Source: an uncultured delta proteobacterium (GTDB taxonomy: Bacteria; Myxococcota; Myxococcia; Myxococcales; Anaeromyxobacteraceae). Taken from it: a stretch of DNA of 64,000 nt. Shown one piece after another: positions 9,775-22,603 of the stretch. The stretch lies in assembly GCA_963828255.1 (NCBI GenBank), contig CAWHDZ010000028.1, forward strand, positions 1-64,000, in the 5' to 3' direction. A model generated the notes under the pieces. The model ran no database searches and had not been told where the DNA came from. It saw nothing but the letters and a program-made list of their open reading frames with translations. The position numbers were made by a program, and so were the translations under genes. Each line of letters starts with the position of its first letter. The stretch's first letter is position 1.

Positions 9775-10335
9775 GTGACGCTCGACCTCCGCGTCCGCGA
9801 GCTCCTGTCCGGGGCCGACCTCGACGGCGCAGCCACGGTCGCGCTCGAGGAGCTGGGGCCGCACATCCTGGGCTGGCTCCGGGCGCTCCACGGAAAGGAC
9901 GACGGCGACGAGGTCTTCGCCGAGTTCGCCGAGCGGGTCTGGAAGGGGCTTCCCGCCTTCCGGGGCGAGAGCCCGCTGCGCGCATGGGCCTACCGGATCG
10001 CCTGGAACGCCTCCAACAGCTTCCGCGACGACGCCTGGCGGCGCCGCCGCCAGCGCCTCGCCACCAGCGCGGCCAACAATCTGGCGGTGCGGCTCAGCCA
10101 GTCGGCGGGGGTGGGCCGCGAGGAGCTTCGCCTGGCCCGCCTCCGAGAGCTGCTCCCGGCCGAGGACCACGCGCTGCTCGTGCTCCGGCTCGACCGGGAG
10201 ATGGCCTGGGAGGAGATCGCCCACGTGCTCTCCGCGTCCGGGCCGCTGGTCTCGGCGGCTGCGCTCCGCAAGCGCTACGAGCGGCTGAAGGAGCGGCTGG
10301 CGCGCCGGGCGCGCGACGAGGGGCTGGTGGACTGA
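9775..10335 (+). CDS. ECF sigma-70 factor
   Basis: Region 2 (FRGESPLRAWAYRIAWN) and region 4 (LPAEDHALLVLR...MAWEEIA); GTG 1 nt after the kinase stop. Confidence 0.85.
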   Translation: MTLDLRVRELLSGADLDGAATVALEELGPHILGWLRALHGKDDGDEVFAEFAERVWKGLPAFRGESPLRAWAYRIAWNASNSFRDDAWRRRRQRLATSAANNLAVRLSQSAGVGREELRLARLRELLPAEDHALLVLRLDREMAWEEIAHVLSASGPLVSAAALRKRYERLKERLARRARDEGLVD

Positions 10336-10592
10336 ACATCGCCGTGGTGGTCGTGGTGGTCTTCTGGGCGCTGGCGATGCGCCCCGTGCTCCGGCTCATC
10401 CACCCCTCTGCGGCCTCCGGCGCCCGCCGCGCCCCGGACGGACGCGGCGTCGAACCGCTCTCCGGGTCCCGTTGATCCCCCCGGCCTGGGCCGGACTAAG
10501 CGCTCGACGCCGGGGGTTGGCGATGCGAGAATCCGCCGCCCCGTATGCCCCGTTTGGGGCGCACCCGGTTCACGCACCCCAGGACGGTCACG

Positions 10593-12872
10593 ATGAAGAC
10601 GTTGCTCGCGTTCCTCGCCTCGCTGAAGCTCGCAGTCATCCTGCTCGTCCTGCTGCTCGTGGGGCTCTCGGCCGGGACCATCGTCGAATCCCGCGCCGGC
10701 GTGGAGGTGGCGGGAAGGGTCGTCTACTACTCCTGGTGGTTCCTCTTCCTGCAGGGGCTCCTCGCGGTCAACGTGGCGCTCTCGATCGCCGACCTCTTCC
10801 CGTGGGGAAAGAAGCGGATCGGATTCGTGGTCCTGCACGCCTCGCTGCTGCTCATCTTCGCCGGCTCCGCCGTCACCTACTTCTTCAAGACCGAGGGTTC
10901 GCTCTTCCTCTGGGAGGGGGAGACCGGCTTCCAGATCGTCGAGCGGGACCGCGAGAACCGGGTGGTGTCCACGCACGACCTGCCCTTCGCCGTGACCCTG
11001 CAGGACTTCGTGCTCGAGACCTACGAGGGCACGATGCGGCCGTCCGGCTTCAAGAGCATCGTCAAGGTCACCGACCGTGACACGGGCACGCTCTACGATG
11101 CGAAGATCTGGATGAACAACCCGCTCGAGCACCGGGGCTACACGCTCTTCCAGTCGAGCTACCAGCAGGACGGCGGCCGGGAGGCCACGGTGCTGTCGGT
11201 GGCCAAGGACCCCGGCCAGAACATCGTCTTCGCCGGCTACATCACCCTGGTGCTGGGCATGATCGTCGTGCTCTTCACCCGGGTCGGGCAGTCCCGCGAG
11301 CGGGCCGCGCAGGAGGCGCGCGACGCCCTCTCCGGGGCCGGCAAGGTCGCGGTCGGGTTGCTCCTCGCCGCCCTGTCGGGGACCGCGCTCGCCGCCACCC
11401 CCGCCGACGCCCTGCGCCGCCTGCCGGTCCAGCACGACGGGCGGAGCATGCCGTTCGACACGCTGGCGCGCGAGGCGGTCTGGAACGTCACCGGGGCCTA
11501 CTCCTGGCACGGGGAGGACCCGGTGGTCACCGTCATCGGCTGGATCACCGACCCTGCGGCCGCCGCCAACGCCTCCCTCGTGAAGGTGGGAAGCGCCGAC
11601 CTGGCCCGGGAGATCGGGCTGCCCACTGGCACCACCCACGCCTCCTTCCTCCAGATCGTCCGGACGCAGCGGGCCATCCAGCTCATGGAGCAGGCCCGCC
11701 AGGAGGAGCAGCAGGGGCGCCCGCGGACCGGGGTCGTCCAGGACGCCGAGAAGCTCGAGCCGCGCCTCATGAAGCTGCAGTCGTTCCTCTCCCGCGAGGC
11801 GGTCCGCATGGTGCCGGTGGTCGGCAATCCCAACGCGCGCTGGGGCGCCCCCGAGACGCTGACGGCCGACGTCATGGGCGCCATCGCCGCCGGGCCCCGC
11901 CTGCCCGGATGGCCCGCCCCGGAGAAGATCGAGACCGAGATCCGCTACAACCAGGTGAACCCGGTCCGGCTCTCCTGGATCATCCTGCTGGCCTCGCTGC
12001 TGGTCTCGATCGTCGCCATGGTGCGCGGGAGCAAGCTCCTCGACTGGGCGGCCTTCGGGTTGCTCGTGGCCGGTTTCGTCATGATGAGCTGGGGCATCCT
12101 GCTCCGCTGGGAATCGGGCGACCGGATCCCGGCCGCCAACATGTACGAGTCGATGCTCTTCCTGGCCTGGGGCGTCGGCTTCTTCGCCGTGATCGCCTAC
12201 GCCTTCATGCGCAACAAGGTGGTGGTGCTGAACGCCGCGGTCATGGCCGCGCTCACCATGGCGCTCACCGACCTGCTCCCCATCGACCGGTTCATCCACC
12301 CCATCGCGCCGGTGCTGGCCGGCACCCCATGGCTCGCCATCCACGTGCCCATCATCATGGTGGGCTACGCGGTCCTGGCGCTGGGACTCGTGGTGGCCCA
12401 CATGCAGATCGGGTTCACCATCTTCGCGCCCCGGAAGGTCGAGGTGATCGACCGCATGTACGACCTGCTCTACTGGTACATGTTCGTGGGCTCGATCCTG
12501 CTCATCGCCGGGATCCTCACCGGCTCGATGTGGGCCGCCTCCTCCTGGGGGCGCTACTGGGGCTGGGATCCCAAGGAGGTCTGGTCGCTCGTGGCCTTCC
12601 TCTGCTACATGGCCATCCTCCACGCCAAGGTGGACAAGATGATCGGCCAGTTCGGGGTGGCCGCCATCAGCATCGCCGCCTTCCAGACCATCCTCTTCAC
12701 CTACCTGGGCGTGAACTTCGTCCTCACCACCGGCATGCACTCCTACGGCATGGGTGATTCACCCGTGGTGATGTGGATGCTCATCACCGCGCTGGTGGAG
12801 CTGGCCTTCCTGGCCTGGGGCTGGGTGGCCTTCCGGAAGAACCGGGCGCTGCTCGAGGGCGCCTCGGCGTAG
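10593..12872 (+). CDS. ccsA: fused ResB/CcsB-CcsA cytochrome c synthase (system II, CcsBA)
   Basis: ResB-like N-terminus (LASLKLAVILL, MNNPLEHRGYTLFQSSY); WWD domain WAASSWGRYWGWDPKEVW; GMHSYG. Confidence 0.9.
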   Translation: MKTLLAFLASLKLAVILLVLLLVGLSAGTIVESRAGVEVAGRVVYYSWWFLFLQGLLAVNVALSIADLFPWGKKRIGFVVLHASLLLIFAGSAVTYFFKTEGSLFLWEGETGFQIVERDRENRVVSTHDLPFAVTLQDFVLETYEGTMRPSGFKSIVKVTDRDTGTLYDAKIWMNNPLEHRGYTLFQSSYQQDGGREATVLSVAKDPGQNIVFAGYITLVLGMIVVLFTRVGQSRERAAQEARDALSGAGKVAVGLLLAALSGTALAATPADALRRLPVQHDGRSMPFDTLAREAVWNVTGAYSWHGEDPVVTVIGWITDPAAAANASLVKVGSADLAREIGLPTGTTHASFLQIVRTQRAIQLMEQARQEEQQGRPRTGVVQDAEKLEPRLMKLQSFLSREAVRMVPVVGNPNARWGAPETLTADVMGAIAAGPRLPGWPAPEKIETEIRYNQVNPVRLSWIILLASLLVSIVAMVRGSKLLDWAAFGLLVAGFVMMSWGILLRWESGDRIPAANMYESMLFLAWGVGFFAVIAYAFMRNKVVVLNAAVMAALTMALTDLLPIDRFIHPIAPVLAGTPWLAIHVPIIMVGYAVLALGLVVAHMQIGFTIFAPRKVEVIDRMYDLLYWYMFVGSILLIAGILTGSMWAASSWGRYWGWDPKEVWSLVAFLCYMAILHAKVDKMIGQFGVAAISIAAFQTILFTYLGVNFVLTTGMHSYGMGDSPVVMWMLITALVELAFLAWGWVAFRKNRALLEGASA

Positions 12873-12888
12873 GCGGGAGCGCCACGGC

Positions 12889-13206
12889 TCAAGGCTGCCG
12901 TCCGGGGAAGGTGATCCCTTCCTCGGGGCAGCGCGCCGCGCATTTCCCGCAGGTGTCGCGGCAGTCCTGCGGCCGGGCCACCCGGGCGTGCTTGTCGTGC
13001 CGGCCCATGGCGAAGACGCCCGCCGGGCACTCGTCGAGGCAGGTGCCGCAGCCGCGGCAGGCGCCGGCCTCGATGTTGGGCGCCCAGGAGACCCCGCCGG
13101 GGACGCCGTGCGAGGAGGAGGCGGCGGGCGCGGACGGAGGACGGGCCGGGGCGTCGATCGCGCCCTCCCCCTTCCTTCCGATTCCCAGCGAATCCCAGAG
13201 TCCCAT
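12889..13206 (-). CDS. small 2x[4Fe-4S] dicluster ferredoxin
   Basis: CRGCGTCLDECP and CRDTCGKCAARCP; ATG 13206 in frame with the tail of ORF 12889..14979. Confidence 0.8.
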   Translation of the reverse strand: MGLWDSLGIGRKGEGAIDAPARPPSAPAASSSHGVPGGVSWAPNIEAGACRGCGTCLDECPAGVFAMGRHDKHARVARPQDCRDTCGKCAARCPEEGITFPGRQP

Positions 13207-13344
13207 TCCGCTTCTCCGCGCCCGTGGAACCCGGGAAACTAGCGGATCCTTCCTCCGATCGGAAGCCGGCGGGGTGGGGCGCCGGGGGTCGGGCGGCCGG
13301 CACCTTGCGATCGGTCCGCCTTCGTGGAAAGTTCCGGCCCCTCC

Positions 13345-15009
<1,665 letters not shown>

Positions 15010-15023
15010 GAGGATCCCCCGCG

Positions 15024-16265
15024 ATGACCACCGCCGCCCTTCCCGCTGTCGCCGCGCTGCTCCTCGGCGCCTCGTTCACGTCGCCCCCCAAGACCAGCGT
15101 GGCTTGCGTCGAATGCCACGCCACGAGCACGCCCGGGATCGTCTCCGACTGGAGGCTCTCCCGCCACGCCGCGGTCTCGGTGGCCTGTGCCGACTGTCAC
15201 GGCACGGAACACGAGGGGCCCGCCGACGCGGCGAAGGCCCGGCTGCCCGGCCCGGACACCTGCGCCCGCTGCCACGCCACGCAGGTGAAGCAGTACCAGG
15301 GGTCGAAGCACGCGCTGGCCTGGGCCGCCATGATGGCCATGCCCACCTTCCACTACCAGCCTGCGGTGCTCACCGACGGCCTCAAGGGCTGCGGCGGCTG
15401 CCACGCCATCGGGCTGCGGGAGCCGGCCGACCAGAAGGCCATCTCCCGGGAGTCCGGACGCGACTACGGGGCGGGGAGCTGCGACTCCTGCCACACCCGC
15501 CACACCTTCTCGGTGAAGGAGGCCCGCGAGCCGCAGGCGTGCAAGAGCTGCCACATGGGGTTCGACCACGCCCAGTGGGAGATGTACGACGCCTCCAAGC
15601 ACGGCGTGCGCCACGAGCTCGTGAAGCTGGGCGCGCTGCCTCCCACGGCCTCCGCCCCCACCTGCCAGACCTGCCACATGCAGGGCGGGGACCACGGCGT
15701 CATGACCGGCTGGGGGTTCCTGGGAGTGCGCCTGCCGCTCCCCGAGGACCCACAGTGGAAGGCCGACCAGACCACCATCCTCAAGGCCCTCGGGGTCCTC
15801 GACCCTTCGGGCAAGCCCACCACCTTCCTGGAGGTGGTGAAGGGGGCCAAGGTGGCGCGCCTCACGAACGACGAGTGGCAGGCGCAGCGCGACCGGATGA
15901 TCGTGGCCTGCAAGGGGTGCCACGCCGAGGGTTTCGCCCGGTCGCAGCTCCAGCGCGGCGACCGGACGCTCCGGGAGGCCGACCGGCTCATGGCCGAGGC
16001 CATCGAGATCGTGGCCGGGCTCTACCGCGACGGGCTCCTCCAGAAGGGGAAGGAGCAGCGCTTCGCCTACCCCAACGTGCTGCAGTTCCACGACGCGGGG
16101 AGCCCGATCGAGCTCCGGCTCTTCGTGATGTTCATGGACCACCGGATGAAGGCCTTCCAGGGCGCGTTCCACGAAAGCCCCGACCACGCGCTCTGGTACG
16201 GATGGAGCGAGATGCAGCGCGACCTCGTGGAGATCCGGGCGGCGGCGAAGGCGATGCGGCGCTAG
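15024..16265 (+). CDS. octaheme c-type cytochrome, hydroxylamine oxidoreductase (HAO)-like
   Basis: Signal peptide; 8 CxxCH motifs; CHTRHTFS, CHMGFDHAQWEMY and C-terminal FHESPD..W.GW signatures; AGGAGG upstream. Confidence 0.85.
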   Translation: MTTAALPAVAALLLGASFTSPPKTSVACVECHATSTPGIVSDWRLSRHAAVSVACADCHGTEHEGPADAAKARLPGPDTCARCHATQVKQYQGSKHALAWAAMMAMPTFHYQPAVLTDGLKGCGGCHAIGLREPADQKAISRESGRDYGAGSCDSCHTRHTFSVKEAREPQACKSCHMGFDHAQWEMYDASKHGVRHELVKLGALPPTASAPTCQTCHMQGGDHGVMTGWGFLGVRLPLPEDPQWKADQTTILKALGVLDPSGKPTTFLEVVKGAKVARLTNDEWQAQRDRMIVACKGCHAEGFARSQLQRGDRTLREADRLMAEAIEIVAGLYRDGLLQKGKEQRFAYPNVLQFHDAGSPIELRLFVMFMDHRMKAFQGAFHESPDHALWYGWSEMQRDLVEIRAAAKAMRR

Positions 16266-16274
16266 GATCCGGCC

Positions 16275-16961
16275 GTGACCGACATCCAGAAGCGGATCGA
16301 GGAAGGGCGCGCGGCGCTCCGGCAGCGTTTCGGCGCTGCCATGCAGGCCACTCCATCGCTCTCCGACGCCACCCCCCAGGGCGAGGGACCGAAGAACCGG
16401 CACGGGATGCCCCAGGTTCCGCCCCGCCAGAATGTCCTCGCGAGCTGGCCCGTCCTCGACTGCGCCGACCAGCCGGTCGTCTCCACCGAGCGCTGGGAGC
16501 TTCGCATCGAGGGGGAGGTCGAGGAGCCCCTGCGCTTCACCTGGGCCGATTTCCAGGCGCTCCCGCAGGCCGAGGACGTGTCCGACTTCCACTGCGTCAC
16601 CGGGTGGAGCAAGCTCGACATGCGCTGGGAGGGGGTTCGCTTCGAGACGCTGGCCGCGCTGGCGCGCCCGACGCTGGCCGCAACGCACGTCATGTTCCAC
16701 TCCTACGACGGCTACTCCTCCAACCTGCCGCTCGAGGAGGCGCTCAAGGCCGACGTGATCCTGGCGCACCGGGTGGACGGCGAGCCGCTGCCCACCGAGC
16801 ACGGCGGACCGGTCCGGGTGGTGACGCCGCAGCTGTGGGCGTGGAAGGGGGCCAAGTGGGTGCGGCGCGTGGAGTTCATGCCCCACGACCGGCGCGGCTA
16901 CTGGGAGATCCGCGGCTACTCCAACACGGCCTGGCCCTGGCGGGACGACCGGGACTGGTAG
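16275..16961 (+). CDS. molybdopterin-dependent oxidoreductase, sulfite oxidase/MsrP (YuiH-like) family
   Basis: DFHCVTGWS, HGGPVRVVTP, WKGAKW, GYWE.RGY motifs; no signal peptide. Confidence 0.9.
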   Translation: MTDIQKRIEEGRAALRQRFGAAMQATPSLSDATPQGEGPKNRHGMPQVPPRQNVLASWPVLDCADQPVVSTERWELRIEGEVEEPLRFTWADFQALPQAEDVSDFHCVTGWSKLDMRWEGVRFETLAALARPTLAATHVMFHSYDGYSSNLPLEEALKADVILAHRVDGEPLPTEHGGPVRVVTPQLWAWKGAKWVRRVEFMPHDRRGYWEIRGYSNTAWPWRDDRDW

Positions 16962-16975
16962 GGGCGCGGGCGCCG

Positions 16976-17356
16976 CTACTTCTTGGCGAAGCGCCGGTAG
17001 AACTCGACGACCTGCGCGGCGGCGCCCTTCCGGTCGAGGGTCTCGGGGATGTCTCCCTCCTCCGGCCCCTCCACCCAGATGCCGCCGCAGGCCTCGCAGG
17101 TGTCGTAGTGGAGCGACTTCTTCTCGCCGCCCTCGACCTCGACCAGGTCCACCTGGCAGGCCGGGCACAGGCCGGCCATCTCCTCGGTGTTCAGGAACCC
17201 GCCGATGGAGGTGAGGGCGGGGAGGTTGCCGTGGACCAGGAAGCGGTTGACGTCGCCGTTCTCCAACCAGAGCCCACCGCAGTCGGAGCACCTCTGCATG
17301 ACGCTGTCGTCACCGGGGATCTCCGTCATCTCGACACTGCAACGTGGGCAATCCAT
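16976..17356 (-). CDS. tandem zinc-ribbon (zf-TFIIB-like) protein
   Basis: CPRC/CSDCGGLW and CPAC/CEACGGIW pairs; GGAGGAGG RBS. Confidence 0.82.
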   Translation of the reverse strand: MDCPRCSVEMTEIPGDDSVMQRCSDCGGLWLENGDVNRFLVHGNLPALTSIGGFLNTEEMAGLCPACQVDLVEVEGGEKKSLHYDTCEACGGIWVEGPEEGDIPETLDRKGAAAQVVEFYRRFAKK

Positions 17357-17436
17357 GAGAATTGGTCCTCCTCCAGGACCGGGCTCCGCAACGGGTATGG
17401 GGGGCTTGGTATGGCTCGTCGGGAAGCGCTGTGCGG

Positions 17437-17466
17437 ATGATAACGAGAAGCACCGCCGCGGATCAA
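17437..17466 (-). promoter_or_regulatory. candidate sigma70 promoter for the zinc-ribbon gene
   Basis: Minus strand TTGATC-N18-TATCAT. Confidence 0.5.
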
Positions 17467-17482
17467 CGTACTTGGACGTCCG

Positions 17483-18108
17483 TCAGGCCTCCGCGACCGA
17501 TCGGAGGGCCTCGACCAGGCGTCGGAGCCGCTCGGCGTGGAGCTTCAGGGCCACCCGGTTGACGATCAGCCGGGCCGAGACCTCGAGGACCGTCTCCTCG
17601 ACGACGAGGCCGTTGGCGCGCAGGGTCTCGCCGGTCTCGGTGATGTCCACGATCAGGTCGGCGAGCCCCAGCGACGGGGCGACCTCGATCGACCCGTGCA
17701 GCGGGATGATCTCGGCGGGGATGCCCTTCCGGGCGAAGTGACGGGCGGCCAGGTTCACGTACTTGGTGGCCACGCGCGGGGCCACGCCGCGGGGCAGGAG
17801 GCGCGCGCTGCGGGGGCGCCCCACGATCACCTTGCAGCGGCCGATGCCCAGGTCGAGTGGCTCGTAGAGGTCGCGCGGGTCCTCGCGGAGAACGTCGAGG
17901 CCGGCCACGCCCACGTCGGCAGCCCCGTGCTCCACGTAGCTCGCCACGTCGGCGGCGCGGATGGAGATGAAGCGCAGGCCGTGCTCGGGCGAGTCGGCGG
18001 CGAGCTTGCGGGTGTTCTCGAGAAGGCGCTTGGGGGAGACGCCGAGCGCGCGCTCGAAGAGCAGGGAGGCCTCACCGAGGAGCCGACCCTTGGGGATGGC
18101 GACGGAGA

Positions 18109-18112
<4 letters not shown>
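17483..18112 (-). CDS. hisG: ATP phosphoribosyltransferase, short form
   Basis: [44 protein letters not shown] overlaps murA stop (GTGA). Confidence 0.93.
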
Positions 18113-19377
<1,265 letters not shown>

Positions 19378-19405
19378 CGGTGATGGGTCTCGGAGGGCTG
19401 CGATT

Positions 19406-20263
19406 CTAGGACGGGGCTGGGAGGCGCGCCACCACCCAGCGCGGGAGGCCGGCCAGATCGCGCCCGACCTCGGCCGTGGCGAAGCCGGCGGCCAGGCACA
19501 GCGCCGGCAGCGCCGTCGCATGGCTCTCGTGGATTTCCAGACACAGCAAGCCCTCCGGGCGGAGCCGGGAGGGCGCGCAGGACACGATGCGACGCAAGAG
19601 ATCCATCCCGTCCACCCCCCCATCCAGCGCGATCACGGGCTCCCTCCGCACCTCCCGTGCGAGCCCGGCGATCTCGCCGGAAGGGATGTAGGGCGGATTC
19701 GCGACGATCACGTCGAACCTCTCCCCCGCGGGGATCGGCCCGTCCAGATCCCCCTCGAGGAACTCGACCCCGGCCCCCAGCGTCCCCGCGTTCTCCCGCG
19801 CCACCGCCAGCGCCTCCGGCGAGATCTCGGTCGCCACCACCCGGGCGTCGGGCCGCGAAAGCGCCACCGAGACCGCGATGCACCCCGATCCGGTGCACAG
19901 GTCGAGCAGCGCGCCCCCCCGAGGAAGGGCCGCGATGGCCGCCTCCACCAGGAGCTCCGTCTCCGGCCTGGGCACCAGCACCGCGGGCCCGACCCGGAAG
20001 TCGTTCCCCAGGAAGGCCCGCCGCCCGGTCAGCCAGGCAGTGGGCTCGCCGGCGGCGCGGCGGCGGACCAGTTCCCGGAAGGCGGTGAGCTCGGTCGGCC
20101 CCATCGGCTTGTCGAAGTCGAGGTAGAGCCTCACCCGGTCGCAGGACAGCGCGTGGGCCAGCAGGATCTCGGCGGTGAGCCGGGGCGCGTCCACGCCCCC
20201 CTTGGCGAAGAAGCCCTGCGTCCAGGAGAGGAGCCGGAGCGGGGTCCAGGCCTCGTCGGTCAA
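19406..20263 (-). CDS. prmC: release factor glutamine methyltransferase PrmC/HemK
   Basis: [23 protein letters not shown]; follows prfA. Confidence 0.95.
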   Translation of the reverse strand: MTDEAWTPLRLLSWTQGFFAKGGVDAPRLTAEILLAHALSCDRVRLYLDFDKPMGPTELTAFRELVRRRAAGEPTAWLTGRRAFLGNDFRVGPAVLVPRPETELLVEAAIAALPRGGALLDLCTGSGCIAVSVALSRPDARVVATEISPEALAVARENAGTLGAGVEFLEGDLDGPIPAGERFDVIVANPPYIPSGEIAGLAREVRREPVIALDGGVDGMDLLRRIVSCAPSRLRPEGLLCLEIHESHATALPALCLAAGFATAEVGRDLAGLPRWVVARLPAPS

Positions 20264-20285
20264 GGCGCCCCCAGGCCCGCCGTCT

Positions 20286-21401
<1,116 letters not shown>

Positions 21402-21409
21402 GGGAGCGG

Positions 21410-21612
21410 TTACTTACCCCCGGCGGGACCGGGGGCAATACCGGGCCGCCCTCGCCCTCGGCCCGGGGGGCGCGCCCGGCGTCGTGGAGCGCGCGCCGGA
21501 GCAGGTACTCGATCTCCCCGTTCAGGCTGCGCAGGTCGTCGTCCGCCCAGCGCTGGAGCGCGGAGAGGACCCGGGGGTCCATGCGCAGCAGGAAGGGCTT
21601 CCGCTCGGCCAC
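21410..21612 (-). CDS. small ribbon-helix-helix (Arc-like) DNA-binding protein; apparent 1-bp frameshift near the 3' end
   Basis: [42 protein letters not shown] fits a beta-alpha-alpha RHH pattern; no in-frame stop before prfA unless one C is added to the C6 run (21465-21470), which gives TAA at 21410. Confidence 0.75.
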
Positions 21613-21621
21613 GCGCGCCGC

Positions 21622-22488
21622 CTAGTAGATGGTCCCGGCGTTGATCACCGGGTGGGGGGACCGGTCGCCGCAGAGGACCACGAGAAGGTTCGAGACCATG
21701 GCCGCCTTGCGCTCCTCGTCGAGCTTGACGGTGCCGTGCTGGAGGAGCCGCTCGAGCGCCATCTCCACCATGCTCACCGCGCCCTCCACGATCCGGGTCC
21801 GGGCGGCGATGATGGCGGCGGCCTGCTGCCGCTGCAGCATGGCCTGGGCGATCTCCGGGGCGTAGGCCAGGTGGCTGATGCGGGCCTCGAGCACCCGGAC
21901 GCCGGCCGCGTCCACCCGCTCCTGGACCTCCTTCTGGAGCTGCTCGGCGACCAGCGCCGTCGAGCCGCGCAGGGAAGTCTTCTCCTCCTCGTGCACGTCG
22001 TAGGGATAGCGCGTGGCCAGCCCGCGCAGCGCCGCCTCGCTCTGCACCCGCACGTACTCCGCGTAATCGTCCACCTGGAAGACCGCCTCCGCGCTGTCCA
22101 CCACCTTCCAGACCACGATGGCGGCGATCTCCACCGGGTTGCCGTCGAGGTCGTTCACCTTGAGCTTGCCCGACTCGAAGGAGACCACGCGGAGCGAGAC
22201 CTTCTTCTTCATGTAGAACGGGTTGGCCCAGCGCAGTCCGGGCTCCCGCGCCGAACCCACGTACTTGCCGAAGAGCTGGAGCACCTTGGCCTCGTTCGGG
22301 TTCACCACGAACAGTCCCGCGAACAGGAAGGCGACGAAGGCGACCAGGAGCCCGCAGACGAGGATGAGGCCCGGATGGCCGATCCCCACCGAGATGACGA
22401 GCATCGCCGCGGAGCCCAGCAAGGCGGGAACGAGGAAGAGCAGGACGGTGATGCCGGAGGGGGGGTGCAGCTCCTTTTCGCGGATCAT
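21622..22488 (-). CDS. SPFH/Band-7 domain membrane protein
   Basis: Two N-terminal TM helices; [50 protein letters not shown]. Confidence 0.93.
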   Translation of the reverse strand: MIREKELHPPSGITVLLFLVPALLGSAAMLVISVGIGHPGLILVCGLLVAFVAFLFAGLFVVNPNEAKVLQLFGKYVGSAREPGLRWANPFYMKKKVSLRVVSFESGKLKVNDLDGNPVEIAAIVVWKVVDSAEAVFQVDDYAEYVRVQSEAALRGLATRYPYDVHEEEKTSLRGSTALVAEQLQKEVQERVDAAGVRVLEARISHLAYAPEIAQAMLQRQQAAAIIAARTRIVEGAVSMVEMALERLLQHGTVKLDEERKAAMVSNLLVVLCGDRSPHPVINAGTIY

Positions 22489-22505
22489 TTTGGTTCTCCT
22501 GGAGG

Positions 22506-22535
22506 TGATGTCGAAATGATATCAGTTCGACATCA
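22506..22535. promoter_or_regulatory. 30-bp palindromic operator candidate with three TGATATCA-like boxes
   Basis: TGATGTCGAA-A-TGATATCA-G-TTCGACATCA just upstream of the SPFH RBS. Confidence 0.7.
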
Positions 22536-22603
22536 GTCGACAAGTCTCGGATGGGTCGCTTCCGGAATCCTCAGCCTTTACGGGGAGAACGGGGCGGGTC
22601 AGG

